The notes beneath the pieces are model-generated. The model was given only the letters and a program-made list of their open reading frames with translations. It ran no database searches and was not told the DNA's origin. Shown here piece by piece: positions 27,969 to 38,225 of a stretch of 64,000 bases of DNA (the stretch's first letter is position 1; every line of letters begins with the position of its first letter). The position numbers were made by a program, and so were the translations under genes. The stretch is from Francisellaceae bacterium UBA6186 (GTDB taxonomy: Bacteria; Pseudomonadota; Gammaproteobacteria; UBA6186; Azoamicaceae): contig DITK01000053.1 of NCBI GenBank assembly GCA_002422785.1, forward strand, positions 892 to 64,891. The letters run 5' to 3'.

Positions 27969-28780
27969 TAGTTAATTTTACTAAAATGCACTCTTTGGGT
28001 AATGATTTTATAGTCATAGATGCTATCACCCAAAACATTAAGATACACAGTAATTACATAAAAAAAATTGCTGATCGCCATGTTGGCATCGGATGCGATC
28101 AGGTTATCTTATTAGAACCACCAATACACCCTACATCTGATTTTTATTATAAAATATATAATCCTAACGGTAAAATGGCCGAACAGTGTTTAAATGGAGC
28201 CAGATGTGCAGCCAGGTTTGCATTTGACTCGGCTCTTGTTAATAAAAAATTTATTACTGCAGATTGCTTTGCCGGAAAAATAACTTTTACTATAGAAGAC
28301 AACCAATTAATTACTGCTCATATAGAGAATACTAATCCAATTATCAATCCTATCTTATTAAAATTAGATAATTCTGATGTTGCGGGTCAGATATATAATT
28401 TATCTATCGGTAATCCACACGCAATATATTGGCTAAATAACCAAAATGAAGAACTCGATTTAGAACACGATAAATATATTATACTAGCTAACAACATCGC
28501 AGCTCAAGAAATGTTTGCACAAGGAATAAATATTGGTTTTGCTAAATTAATTGATTCTAGCAATATTCGATTGCGAGTTTTTGAACGAGGAGTAGGAGAA
28601 ACTTTGTCATGCGGCACCAATGCTGTAGCCACTTTTTTAGTTGCCAAACATCTAAGTTTAATTAAACATGAAGCCAATATTTTATTTAAATTGGGCCGAC
28701 TACAAATAAAATTAGATAATAATAAATTAATAATTACTGGACCAGTTAACTCAGTATTCTCTGGAAAGTTCAAGATTTAA
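27965..28780 (+). CDS. dapF: Diaminopimelate epimerase
   Basis: FTKMHSLGNDFIVID. Catalytic Cys motifs EQCLNGARC and ETLSCGTNAVA. GNPHAI. Confidence 0.9.
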   Translation: MIVNFTKMHSLGNDFIVIDAITQNIKIHSNYIKKIADRHVGIGCDQVILLEPPIHPTSDFYYKIYNPNGKMAEQCLNGARCAARFAFDSALVNKKFITADCFAGKITFTIEDNQLITAHIENTNPIINPILLKLDNSDVAGQIYNLSIGNPHAIYWLNNQNEELDLEHDKYIILANNIAAQEMFAQGINIGFAKLIDSSNIRLRVFERGVGETLSCGTNAVATFLVAKHLSLIKHEANILFKLGRLQIKLDNNKLIITGPVNSVFSGKFKI

Positions 28781-28896
28781 AACAATATTAATTTTTTAAC
28801 AAATGTTATTAATGATTGCGTACCAAATATAAATCGCATAGTATAATATCGATAAACATGTATCTGTTTGTAAATATAATTATTAAGGAGTTGAGT

Positions 28897-30156
28897 ATGG
28901 TAAATAATATTACAAATTACAAATCAATAAAAATAAATTTAGCTTTGGCTTTTGGATTAAGTATCCTGTCTTCTTTCTCAGCTTATGCTCATGATTCAGC
29001 GTATAAAGGATTAAAATATGGCACTAAAACCGACCCCTATTGGTTATCGCTTAGTGGCGCATTAAAATTGGACCAAAGATTATTTTTCGGAGACAAACGC
29101 GGCCAATTACATAACGGTGCCAGCATTAGAGAATTTAGTTTAGATGTGTCCGGTGGTATGGGTAAAGATGTTTCGGTGGCTTTAGGAGTAAGCTTTGACT
29201 CAGCAACATCTAAAGTTAGCGTGGAAGACGCATACGTAACCTATACCGGTTATAAAGGCTTTGGAGAAAATTTCCAAGTATCTATCGGTAAAGTTAATCC
29301 TACCTTTTGCCTAGAAAATCATAGTAGCGGTAAATGGATTCCATTTTTAGAAAGAAGTTCTGTGACTACAGCTTTTAGACCAGATGCAGGGCTTGGTATC
29401 AGCGTTAATAAATGGCAAGACGATTATTCATTAAATGCAACTATCACTCAACCAAAACCTAGCAATGTTACCAATGATGAAAAAGGCAACGAAGTTAAAC
29501 ATTCTGATCGTCTGCAATACAATGCTAGAGCTACCAAAGCGCATTTCTTTGGGGTTAACAAATTAGTGCAAGCTGGTATTTTTGGTCACTTTAAAGATGA
29601 TGGACATAATGGTTTAGAATTCTCTACCCCACCAGAAGCTAAGGCTAGACATTCAACTACTATGTTGCTTAATACTACAACCCCTGGAGATAAAGGACAA
29701 AGAATTAAGGCTAATAGCCATTACACTATTGGTGCTGAAATTTTAGCGCAAGACGGACCATTGAGCGGCGAAATTGAATATCAACACACTAAAGTTAATC
29801 GCGATCGAGGTCAACCAGGCGGCAATTTAAATTTCAAAGGTTATATAACAAACATTAACTATGTATTAACTGGAGAATCTCGTAATTTTAAAAATTCTAA
29901 CGGTACTCTAGGACAAGTAATTCCTAACAGCACTAATGGAGCATGGGAAATATCTGGTCGTTATGATTATATAAATCTAAACGATAAAAATATAGTTGGT
30001 GGCGCAGCTCATCACATGGGTGTTGCTACAACTTGGTATGCAAACTATAATTTTTCTGTTACCGGAGAATATATTAGATCTAAAATTGCAAGAAGCTTTA
30101 CTTTAGAAAAATTAAAAGTAGATACTATAGGAGCCAGATTACAACTTGTGTTTTAA
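28897..30156 (+). CDS. Phosphate-selective porin O/P family outer-membrane protein (track ORF starts at 28816)
   Basis: AAGGAG lies 6 nt upstream of ATG 28897. Signal peptide ...SSFSAYA. OprO/P-like pattern (LSLSGALKLDQRLF, IREFSLDVSG, AWEISGRYDYINLND) and terminal LQLVF. Confidence 0.7.
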   Translation: MVNNITNYKSIKINLALAFGLSILSSFSAYAHDSAYKGLKYGTKTDPYWLSLSGALKLDQRLFFGDKRGQLHNGASIREFSLDVSGGMGKDVSVALGVSFDSATSKVSVEDAYVTYTGYKGFGENFQVSIGKVNPTFCLENHSSGKWIPFLERSSVTTAFRPDAGLGISVNKWQDDYSLNATITQPKPSNVTNDEKGNEVKHSDRLQYNARATKAHFFGVNKLVQAGIFGHFKDDGHNGLEFSTPPEAKARHSTTMLLNTTTPGDKGQRIKANSHYTIGAEILAQDGPLSGEIEYQHTKVNRDRGQPGGNLNFKGYITNINYVLTGESRNFKNSNGTLGQVIPNSTNGAWEISGRYDYINLNDKNIVGGAAHHMGVATTWYANYNFSVTGEYIRSKIARSFTLEKLKVDTIGARLQLVF

Positions 30157-30706
30157 ATGGATAATTAAAACTTTCACAATTAAAACAGTGCAACATTATT
30201 TCAGATTGGTTGCACTGTTTTGTTTTTTAATATTACTCGGCTCTTTATTTATCGAACATGTTTTGATGATAGAACCCTGCATTCTTTGTACTATTCAAAG
30301 AATAATGTTTTTATTAATTCTAATCACATGTTTACTTGCCTTAATTACAAATATTTTATGCACTAAAAAACCAACTATTCAAAATACTATAACCTGGCTT
30401 TGTTTAACCACTGTCGGTTTATACGCTATCGCCGGCACCTTAGTTGCTGCAAGACAGTCATGGTTACAAATTTTTGCTAAACTTAGCATTCCCAGCTGTA
30501 GTGGCGGGCTCACACAATTGTTAAAACAATATAGTTTTTTTAAGATTATCTCTATGGCTATTGAAGGCAAATTAGAATGTTCGGCTATTGGCATGAAAAT
30601 TTTAGGATTATCTTTAGCTAATTGGGGATTTATAAATTTTTTAATTATTTTATTATTTCAGCTGTTATTTATTTATAAATTTTTATCAACTCGAAAAAAA
30701 AATTAA
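30146..30706 (+). CDS. dsbB: Disulfide bond formation protein DsbB
   Basis: Four TM segments. First redox pair in EPCILCTIQR, second pair PSC...LEC in the second periplasmic loop. Confidence 0.75.
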   Translation: MCFKWIIKTFTIKTVQHYFRLVALFCFLILLGSLFIEHVLMIEPCILCTIQRIMFLLILITCLLALITNILCTKKPTIQNTITWLCLTTVGLYAIAGTLVAARQSWLQIFAKLSIPSCSGGLTQLLKQYSFFKIISMAIEGKLECSAIGMKILGLSLANWGFINFLIILLFQLLFIYKFLSTRKKN

Positions 30707-31323
30707 ATCTTACCTTCCGTGTGATTAAATAAATTTTGAATATTTTGCTTATGCTTCAACAAAATTAGCCCACCTAAAAAAATAATACAAATAGCGAACT
30801 CTGTAGGTAAATACAAGTTAGTTTTAATATGCAAAGACAATATACTTATTAATATAGCCACAATAACTGCACTAATAGCCGCTAAAGATGAAATTCTAAA
30901 TACCATAAATGTAACCACCCAAGTTATAAGACACAATAAAGATAATGGCCAATAAAGTGCCGATATTATCCCCAAAGTAATAGCCACCCCTTTACCCCCG
31001 CGAAAACTAAAAAATACTGGAAATAATTGTCCTAAAAAAACCGCCAAAGCCATTATTGCAACAACTAAATTAGGCATAGCTAATAATCTGGCAAACCATA
31101 CAACAGCACAGCCCTTCAATACATCTAATAACAATACGCTAAAGGCTAATTTTTTACCGGCTATTCGTAATACATTAGTTGTTCCTGGATTTTTAGAGCC
31201 TTGTGCTCTCGGATCTGGTAAATTGAATAATTTACATAATAAAATAGCGGTAGATATAGAGCCAAACAAATATACACAAATTATTAACATCAGCACTAAT
31301 TTAATATTTAATGGAGTTACCAT
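30703..31323 (-). CDS. plsY: Glycerol-3-phosphate acyltransferase PlsY (track ORF extends to 31452; ATG at 31323 or 31290 fits family length)
   Basis: YLFGSISTAILLCKLFNLPDPRAQGSKNPGTTNVLR, FRGGKGVAT-like FRGGKGVAI, multiple TM segments. Confidence 0.85.
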   Translation of the reverse strand: MVTPLNIKLVLMLIICVYLFGSISTAILLCKLFNLPDPRAQGSKNPGTTNVLRIAGKKLAFSVLLLDVLKGCAVVWFARLLAMPNLVVAIMALAVFLGQLFPVFFSFRGGKGVAITLGIISALYWPLSLLCLITWVVTFMVFRISSLAAISAVIVAILISILSLHIKTNLYLPTEFAICIIFLGGLILLKHKQNIQNLFNHTEGKI

Positions 31324-31711
31324 GATACACCAACACACAATACATAAAGATATAATTTTTATTAATGATTTGACGGTCAATACTACCATAGGCCAAGAAG
31401 TTTGGGAAAGAGAAATAAAAAAATCTATAGCTATCAGCACATCTATCATCACGAGTTTTGCAAATATTAATCAAAACAGCTTACTACCAACAAATATTGA
31501 TCATAAATTACTTATTAATTTAATTAATGAATTTTGTATTAATAATACTTTCACACTATTAGAATCATTAGTTATAGGTATAGAACAATTAATCGTTGCT
31601 AAATATTCAGAAAACATACTGGCTTTGCAAATTGATGCTAAGCAACTATTTCCAACAACTAATGTTAAAGACATCGGAGTCAGCATTGCAAGAACTTACA
31701 CCAATCAGTAA
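31322..31711 (+). CDS. folB: Dihydroneopterin aldolase (track ORF starts at 31223)
   Basis: IIFINDLTVNTTIGQEVWEREIKKSIAIS matches the FolB N-terminus (I.i..l.....iGv..wE....Q.l..d). About 129 aa from ATG 31322. Divergent from plsY, as in E. coli. Confidence 0.65.
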   Translation: MIHQHTIHKDIIFINDLTVNTTIGQEVWEREIKKSIAISTSIITSFANINQNSLLPTNIDHKLLINLINEFCINNTFTLLESLVIGIEQLIVAKYSENILALQIDAKQLFPTTNVKDIGVSIARTYTNQ

Positions 31712-32819
31712 CAATTATAGCATTAAACTTTCTAATTATATTAAACAAAAAATTCATAAATCAGGCGGCATGATATCGTTTGCGACTTTTATGCAATCGG
31801 CGCTTTATGCCAAAAATTTAGGATATTATAACAATAAAGTTTGCGTAAAATTTGGGGAAAATGGCGACTTCATAACGGCTCCAATGTTAGGGGAACTATT
31901 CGCACATTGCGTTGCTAATCAATGTTCAGAAATTTTTAATAATATTACAGAACATAATATTTTAGAATTAGGATCTGGAGATGGACAATTAGCTTACCAA
32001 TTGATTAAACTATTAACATCAAAATCAATACCAAAATATAACAATATTCATCTTGACAATTATTTGATTTTAGAACCTAGCAAAGAATTACGACGTAGAC
32101 AAAAAAAATTATTGCTGAATAGCAATTTAGATCCCATCTATAAAAACAAACTTTATTGGATCGAAAAGTTACCAGAAAATTTCAAAGGAATCATATTGGC
32201 CAACGAAGTGCTAGATGCACTACCAGTACATTTATTTAAAATTCAAAACAATCAAATTTTTGAAATATCCGTAACTTTAAAAGAACATAATTTTTGTTTT
32301 ATAACAACTAAAGCCCCTACCAATATTTTAAATAAAATAATCAAGCTACCAATAGCTAAATCTAATTATACTCAACAAGCCTATACCTCTGAAATTTGCT
32401 TGTTAATTCCAGATTTAATTCAATCATTATCTAAAAGTTTAAAACAAGGATCTATTTTACTGTTTGATTACGGATTTTTAGAGCATGAATATTATCATCC
32501 AGACAGATCTAGTGGTACTTTAATGTGTCATTATCGACACCAAACTCATACCGATCCATTTTTCTTACCAGGACTACAAGATATAACCGCCCATGTGGAT
32601 TTTTCTATGGTTATCCAATCAGCTACCACCAACGGTCTTATAGTTGAATCATTTGCGTCATTAGCTAATTTTTTAATAGCGAATAATTTAGAATTTTTTT
32701 TTACGAGGCAAAGCAACAACACTAATCCATCATACAAAGTACATCAAGAACTTGGTGTTTTAATTTCTCCAGCTGAAATGGGCGAAATATTTAAAGTGTT
32801 ACATTTGAAGAAAAAATAA
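31662..32819 (+). CDS. SAM-dependent methyltransferase, MidA/NDUFAF7 (DUF185) family (start uncertain; track ORF starts at 31596)
   Basis: ISFATFMQSALYAKNLGYYN...FGENGDFITAPMLGELF, ILELGSGDGQLA, ANEVLDALPVH, DITAHVDFS are family hallmarks. Confidence 0.7.
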   Translation: MLKTSESALQELTPISNNYSIKLSNYIKQKIHKSGGMISFATFMQSALYAKNLGYYNNKVCVKFGENGDFITAPMLGELFAHCVANQCSEIFNNITEHNILELGSGDGQLAYQLIKLLTSKSIPKYNNIHLDNYLILEPSKELRRRQKKLLLNSNLDPIYKNKLYWIEKLPENFKGIILANEVLDALPVHLFKIQNNQIFEISVTLKEHNFCFITTKAPTNILNKIIKLPIAKSNYTQQAYTSEICLLIPDLIQSLSKSLKQGSILLFDYGFLEHEYYHPDRSSGTLMCHYRHQTHTDPFFLPGLQDITAHVDFSMVIQSATTNGLIVESFASLANFLIANNLEFFFTRQSNNTNPSYKVHQELGVLISPAEMGEIFKVLHLKKK

Positions 32820-33035
32820 TATGAATTATGTATAATTAAATTGCCATCCTTGGCAAACAACTTTCCTGTAATTATTAAATACAATATAATTTATTAACAA
32901 TATTCAAAACAATCATAAAAAGCAAGGCCTTATATAAAGCATGGCTATTATCCTACAAATAGTTCAGCCATCTCGCACAATATAACAATTATTTAGCTAC
33001 AAGTAACTTATATCTATCTACACTACAGTAATAGT

Positions 33036-33446
33036 ATGGAAAGTGTAACAAAATGTGTCAACCCGTGGTTGCAACAAAGACAAGAAATATTAATAATCCT
33101 GAATAATTTAGCACGATTATTACCTAACAGCTTAAATAAAGAGGATATTTGTTTAACTAATTTTTTTCAATTGTTAATAGACTATACTTGCGCAGGACAT
33201 TTACAAATTTTTACTTTGTTAATAAAACAAAATGTAAAAAATTTCATATCAATCAAAAAAATATTACATCAAATAAATTATACCACTAATTCTATTATTA
33301 AATTTAATTACAAGTTTAATAAATTCAAAAACATCTCTACGAATGACATCACAAAACTATTGGAACAGTTTGCTAATCGCATAGAATTAGAAGATTTATT
33401 ATTAAATCATCAGCCAACCACTATTCATAAAAACCAAATCAATTAG
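33036..33446 (+). CDS. rsd: Rsd/AlgQ-family regulator of sigma D (anti-sigma70)
   Basis: W..QRQE.L in the N-terminus, and FFQLLIDYTCAGHLQIF matches the Rsd/AlgQ core (C..LVDY.S.GHF.iY). Confidence 0.55.
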   Translation: MESVTKCVNPWLQQRQEILIILNNLARLLPNSLNKEDICLTNFFQLLIDYTCAGHLQIFTLLIKQNVKNFISIKKILHQINYTTNSIIKFNYKFNKFKNISTNDITKLLEQFANRIELEDLLLNHQPTTIHKNQIN

Positions 33447-34242
33447 TTATAGAGAATTCATTACTAATTTTTACAAAATCAGCAACAGTTAACTGTTCTG
33501 GACGGATCTTAGGATCTATCCCCAAATTATTTAAATCATTAGCACTACCATATTGTTTTAAGGCATTAGATAAAATTTTTCTTCTTTGACAAAATGCAGC
33601 TGTTACTAATTTATAAAAATGATCATAATTATTAGCTTTATCAGGCAAAATTATGTGTGGTACAAAACGCACAAAACAAGACTCCACTTTAGGGGCCGGA
33701 TTAAAAGCATTACTGCCAACATGAAACATGATATTCATTTTAGCATGATATTGGGCCATAATACTGAGCCTACCATATTGTTTATTATTTGGGGCTGCGA
33801 CTAATCGTTCTGCCACCTCTTTTTGCAATAAAAAATGCATGTCATCGACATGAACCGCATAAGAAAATAATTTAAATAATAATGGCGTAGAAATATTATA
33901 AGGCAAATTACCAACAATTCTGACTTTATTATTATCTAATAAAGTCAAAAAATCTACTTGTAACACATTGTGATTTATGATCTTGACCTGATGATTAATG
34001 ATCTCTGTTGCGAATTGATTGGTGAGTTTAGCACATAAACTATCGTCAATTTCGATTGCAATTAATTTGGCACAGTTTTGTATAATGTACGTTGTTATCG
34101 CCCCCAGCCCAGGTCCAATTTCTATTATACTTTGATCTTTCTTCAAATTAATCGTTGCAATAATTTGATTTATAACGGATTGATCAGTTAAAAAATTTTG
34201 TCCCAATTGTTTACGTGGCTTATGATTACTTGACAACAACAT
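33439..34242 (-). CDS. rsmA: 16S rRNA (adenine1518/1519-N6)-dimethyltransferase
   Basis: KQLGQNFLTD, IIEIGPGLGAIT, VGNLPYNISTPLLF. Confidence 0.92.
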   Translation of the reverse strand: MLLSSNHKPRKQLGQNFLTDQSVINQIIATINLKKDQSIIEIGPGLGAITTYIIQNCAKLIAIEIDDSLCAKLTNQFATEIINHQVKIINHNVLQVDFLTLLDNNKVRIVGNLPYNISTPLLFKLFSYAVHVDDMHFLLQKEVAERLVAAPNNKQYGRLSIMAQYHAKMNIMFHVGSNAFNPAPKVESCFVRFVPHIILPDKANNYDHFYKLVTAAFCQRRKILSNALKQYGSANDLNNLGIDPKIRPEQLTVADFVKISNEFSITN

Positions 34243-34248
34243 GTATAA

Positions 34249-35580
34249 CTACAATAAAATTTCAACCTTAGCTTCGTCACGAATTTTCTTTAACCAAATT
34301 TCCAACATATCATTAAATTTTTGCTCTCTTAAAATGTCTGCAATACGGTGGCGCATAGCATCGCTAGAGTTACTAACATCGCGACTACCGGTAACTTGCA
34401 CTAGATGCCAACCTAATTCCGTTTTAAATGGCTTGCTAATCTCCCCTGTTTTTAATTGAGTAATGATTTCCCAAAATTCTGGCATTACTGATTTAGATGT
34501 CACCCAACCCAAATCACCACCTTTAACTGCCGTGCTCAATTCTTCTGATTTTTTTTCTGCCAATTTAGCAAAATCTTTGCCTGCTATAATTTGTTTACGC
34601 AAAATTAATAAATTAGCTGTCGCTTCTTCTTCTGAGGTATTAACCCCTGGTTTAATTAAAATCTGCCTTACCCTAAACTCTTGATAATCATTCTTTTCAC
34701 CCATGCGCTTATTATGTAATTTTATAATATGTAATCCACTAGCACTGTGGATCGGTCCTACTACCTCGTTTATTTTCATATGTGCAACATGTTTTACAAA
34801 AATAGTTGGTACTTCATTTATTTGTCGCCAACCTAAATCACCACCTTCTAATGCATTAGCACCGGAAGAGTAGGAAGCAGCTAATTGTTTAAAGTCCTTT
34901 CCTTGTTTTAATTCGTTAATAATTTTATTCGCCTTAAACTCAATTTCTTTTAACGCCGCTGAATTTGGTTTTTCTGGGGCTAAAATCAAAATATGTCCTA
35001 AACGATACTCTACACCACTGTTATCTTGGCCAATAGGTGAATTCAAATAACCATCTATGTCTATAGCAGAAATTCTGATTTCACTACCAACCTCGCGTTG
35101 TTGCAGCCTTGCTAATGTCAGTTCCGTTTTTACATGTTCTCTAAATTCCTCAAAACTCATGCCATCTTTTTGAATTTTTTGTTTATATTCAGCAGTAGTT
35201 AATTGATCATTTTTTGCCAAATCAATTATCGCTTGATTAACACTAGTGCTGTCTACTTCAATAGCAAATTGTTTAGCTAATTGTAACTGAATATGATCTA
35301 AAATAATTTTATTTAAAACTTGCTGCTCTAGAATCTTTGGCGCAGGCAATTGGATGTTTTGTTTAGACAAACCATTAATTACCAACTTGGTTTTATTCGA
35401 CAATTCAGATAAAGTAATAATATCTCCGCCAACAATAGCCACAACTTTATCTAACGGCTGAGAGGCATATGTTATATTAAACACATGCCCAGCAATAAAA
35501 AAAGATAAACCTATAAGTTGCAACAATTGCTTGGCTAGTAAGGATAATGATTTGCTGTGTATAATAATTTTATTACTCAT
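34249..35580 (-). CDS. surA: Periplasmic chaperone SurA (two parvulin PPIase domains)
   Basis: Signal peptide. SurA_N region (DKVVAIVGGDIITLSEL). Two parvulin repeats (GGDLGW... twice). Confidence 0.9.
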   Translation of the reverse strand: MSNKIIIHSKSLSLLAKQLLQLIGLSFFIAGHVFNITYASQPLDKVVAIVGGDIITLSELSNKTKLVINGLSKQNIQLPAPKILEQQVLNKIILDHIQLQLAKQFAIEVDSTSVNQAIIDLAKNDQLTTAEYKQKIQKDGMSFEEFREHVKTELTLARLQQREVGSEIRISAIDIDGYLNSPIGQDNSGVEYRLGHILILAPEKPNSAALKEIEFKANKIINELKQGKDFKQLAASYSSGANALEGGDLGWRQINEVPTIFVKHVAHMKINEVVGPIHSASGLHIIKLHNKRMGEKNDYQEFRVRQILIKPGVNTSEEEATANLLILRKQIIAGKDFAKLAEKKSEELSTAVKGGDLGWVTSKSVMPEFWEIITQLKTGEISKPFKTELGWHLVQVTGSRDVSNSSDAMRHRIADILREQKFNDMLEIWLKKIRDEAKVEILL

Positions 35581-35609
35581 TTTTGTAACCTGCTTTATAA
35601 CCTATATTA

Positions 35610-38099
35610 TTAAAATTTTTCCTGAGCTTTATAACCAGCTATTTTACCAGATAGGTAATTATTATCTAAGGTACCCACATCAGTAAAGCCTTTAAAAACT
35701 ATCTGTGCTAAAAATTTATTATCATACCTTTTTTGTATAAAATTTTCAGCAGAAAATAAACTTCTAGACCACGCCATACGCAAAATAGTACAGCAACCGT
35801 GTAGTTCCACCCCAGCTAAACTATATACTGGACGCTTTTGATGTAAATCATAATCAAATTTGCCTAATAAATTTATATCATCCTTTACTGCCCAAATCAT
35901 AGAAGTTTGCCATTGACGCTGAGGAACTGAAGTAAAACGTACATATTGGTAACCTAAATTAATAATTTTATCATCATCCAACTTATATTGGCCAGTCACC
36001 GTGCTGCTACGTGTTTGATTTAATGTTTGCTTAACTACGTTAGCCTCTAACGATATCTCTCGGGTTAAATGATAATCAAACAACAAGGCAATTGGTGACC
36101 ATCTGCCAAATTGTAAATTTTCCCCTAAATACGAGGTTAAACCATGAAAATATCTAGCCCTAGCTATGGCAAAAGAAGCTTTTTCTTCTCCATCAACCGG
36201 CAGCAACCCGGTTTTAAGCCCAAAAGTAACTTGATTAGCATCTGATAATCTATCTACGCTGCTATAACGATTATCTCTAAATAATTGGTGATAATTAAAA
36301 TCCATAGCACCACTATCAAACACCGGATAACGATTTTGCCCAACTTTTGGTACGTAAAGATAGTATATTTTTGGCTCCAATGTCTGTGACCATTCATTGC
36401 TAATATTTTTAGCAAAATGTAATCCGCTATCAATATCTAACATCGGAATAACCCTAGATGGGTTGTTTGGTTTTTTAATCAACTTGTCAGCATGGCTAAG
36501 CTTTAAATTTTGATAAGATAATAAATCAAATTGTAATCTTGGTTTTAAATAACCATAGTTTTTATAGATCGGACGCTCCAAAGTGGGACGAAAATGCATA
36601 CGCTTACCGATAGTATTAGTTGGTACGTTATTTACAGAACGCAACTTAAAGTCTACATAACTAACATTGTATCTAGTAAGATATTTTTGTGGCCAATATA
36701 GATAATTCGAACTCCAAGCAATTTCCGGCATCTTTTTATATTGCTCGAGTGCCACCGGTCCTTCAAATGAATATAAGGTTTGGTACTGTAACGCCTTAAA
36801 TACTAACATCCCGTATTTATTATAGTGCTCTAGCCTAGCAGATTGTTCAAGATGCAAAGAAGAAGCATGCATTATTTCTTCTAGATTTGATCCAGCATTA
36901 GCACCAAGAGCAGATCCTCGATTAGTATTGGAAATTTTACTGATAGAATTCAAACTAACTTGACCAATATCTTGACCAAAATCTTGTAAATAGTTGTCAT
37001 CACTAACTTTATTATAATTTATATGTAAACTAGAATTTTTTTGCATCGCTGTACTGGAAGACAACCATAAAGCATATCGACTAGTACGACGTCGCAAATT
37101 ACTATAGCGCATATCGTTAGCTGTTATTTGACCAGGATCTGAAATTTTAGTATTAACAAAATTCCTATAACTAGTATCTTTAGGTAAAAAATTAAATCTA
37201 AATATTCCCAAAGACTTATGAGTTAAATAGCGAAATTGATTGTCCAGCTTATATCCTCTTTTGCTTAAATAAAATGGTGATATAGTATAATCATAATTTT
37301 CAGCCATGTTCCAATACCAAGGCATGCCAAAAACTACACCATGCTTCGAGCTGGTAGCCAAAGTAGGTACCAAAAATCCAGATTGCCGCCTTTTATCAAT
37401 CGGGAAATTAACATATGGCCAATAAAATATTGGCACATCTTTTATATACATTTTTGCATGCCAAGCCTCTCCTCGGCCCGCAACTTTATCTATTTTTACT
37501 TTTTTTGCAAATAATCGCCAATTATTATTGCCAGGACTGCAAGTGGTATAACTCGCATCTGGCATTTGCATAGTATTATTGTCAAAAATTTCTATTTTAG
37601 CAGCATCGCCAGTTGCGTGACGATTATATATTCTATAATTAGCATTGTAGATAACTTTATAGTTTTCTTGTTGTAATACGGTGGCATTACTTCCTATCAC
37701 ACGCAACCCCGGCTCGGTTAATTGGACCAAGCCATTTGCAGTAAAAGACTCTATTCTACCATCAGAATTTTGTCTAACTTTAGCATGATCGGCAGTTAAT
37801 TTTTGATTATTTTTAGCAATAACCACATTACCATCAAAACTAGATAGACCTTTAGATACCAACTTAGTGCGATCAGAATTGATAATTAATGTATCGACCG
37901 GGTTATTTTTAGTTATTTCTAATGGATATACTGGTTCTAAATAATACCCATTACATAATTTATTCGCTTTTTGCTTACAACTGGGAAAATATCGCCAATC
38001 GCTATCATCTATTGGTTTATTAACATCTGCCCACAAATTAGCAACCATAACAAATAAAGATATGGCCACGACCCGCATTCTTAATTTGTTGATTTGCAT
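35610..38099 (-). CDS. lptD: LPS assembly outer-membrane protein LptD (track ORF extends to 38282)
   Basis: Signal peptide from MQINKLRMRVVAISLFVMVANLWA (ATG 38099). OstA N-domain (LTADHAKV..., FTANGLVQ). Large beta-barrel with a C-terminal aromatic residue. Conserved lptD-surA-ksgA order. Confidence 0.9.
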   Translation of the reverse strand: MQINKLRMRVVAISLFVMVANLWADVNKPIDDSDWRYFPSCKQKANKLCNGYYLEPVYPLEITKNNPVDTLIINSDRTKLVSKGLSSFDGNVVIAKNNQKLTADHAKVRQNSDGRIESFTANGLVQLTEPGLRVIGSNATVLQQENYKVIYNANYRIYNRHATGDAAKIEIFDNNTMQMPDASYTTCSPGNNNWRLFAKKVKIDKVAGRGEAWHAKMYIKDVPIFYWPYVNFPIDKRRQSGFLVPTLATSSKHGVVFGMPWYWNMAENYDYTISPFYLSKRGYKLDNQFRYLTHKSLGIFRFNFLPKDTSYRNFVNTKISDPGQITANDMRYSNLRRRTSRYALWLSSSTAMQKNSSLHINYNKVSDDNYLQDFGQDIGQVSLNSISKISNTNRGSALGANAGSNLEEIMHASSLHLEQSARLEHYNKYGMLVFKALQYQTLYSFEGPVALEQYKKMPEIAWSSNYLYWPQKYLTRYNVSYVDFKLRSVNNVPTNTIGKRMHFRPTLERPIYKNYGYLKPRLQFDLLSYQNLKLSHADKLIKKPNNPSRVIPMLDIDSGLHFAKNISNEWSQTLEPKIYYLYVPKVGQNRYPVFDSGAMDFNYHQLFRDNRYSSVDRLSDANQVTFGLKTGLLPVDGEEKASFAIARARYFHGLTSYLGENLQFGRWSPIALLFDYHLTREISLEANVVKQTLNQTRSSTVTGQYKLDDDKIINLGYQYVRFTSVPQRQWQTSMIWAVKDDINLLGKFDYDLHQKRPVYSLAGVELHGCCTILRMAWSRSLFSAENFIQKRYDNKFLAQIVFKGFTDVGTLDNNYLSGKIAGYKAQEKF

Positions 38100-38225
38100 A
38101 CACATTCTTAAAAACATTTTATTAATTACATAACAGCTATCTAGAATATCAGACCCATGTATTCTATAATTTGATTCTATACTGGGGTATGGTCCTTCAG
38201 CAAATAAAATTTTTGGTTTACCAAT

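Noticed and set aside
31290-31324. Divergent plsY and folB appear to share overlapping start codons (CATG at 31321-31324), leaving no promoter space.
   Set aside because: This is most likely a start-codon assignment problem. plsY can start at ATG 31290, and the track ORFs are over-extended on both sides. The divergent plsY/folB arrangement itself is normal.
32841-32856. TTGCCA-tcct-TGGCAA hairpin 22 nt after the MidA-like gene. I also considered the 216-nt ORF-free spacer 32820-33035 as a possible sRNA locus.
   Set aside because: The stem is only 6 bp with no U-tract. No promoter/terminator pair or conserved structure is identifiable by eye.
34243-34248. surA is followed directly by rsmA/ksgA with no pdxA, and no apaG/apaH follows.
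   Set aside because: Gene loss from the lptD-surA-pdxA-ksgA string is common in reduced genomes and is not in itself remarkable.
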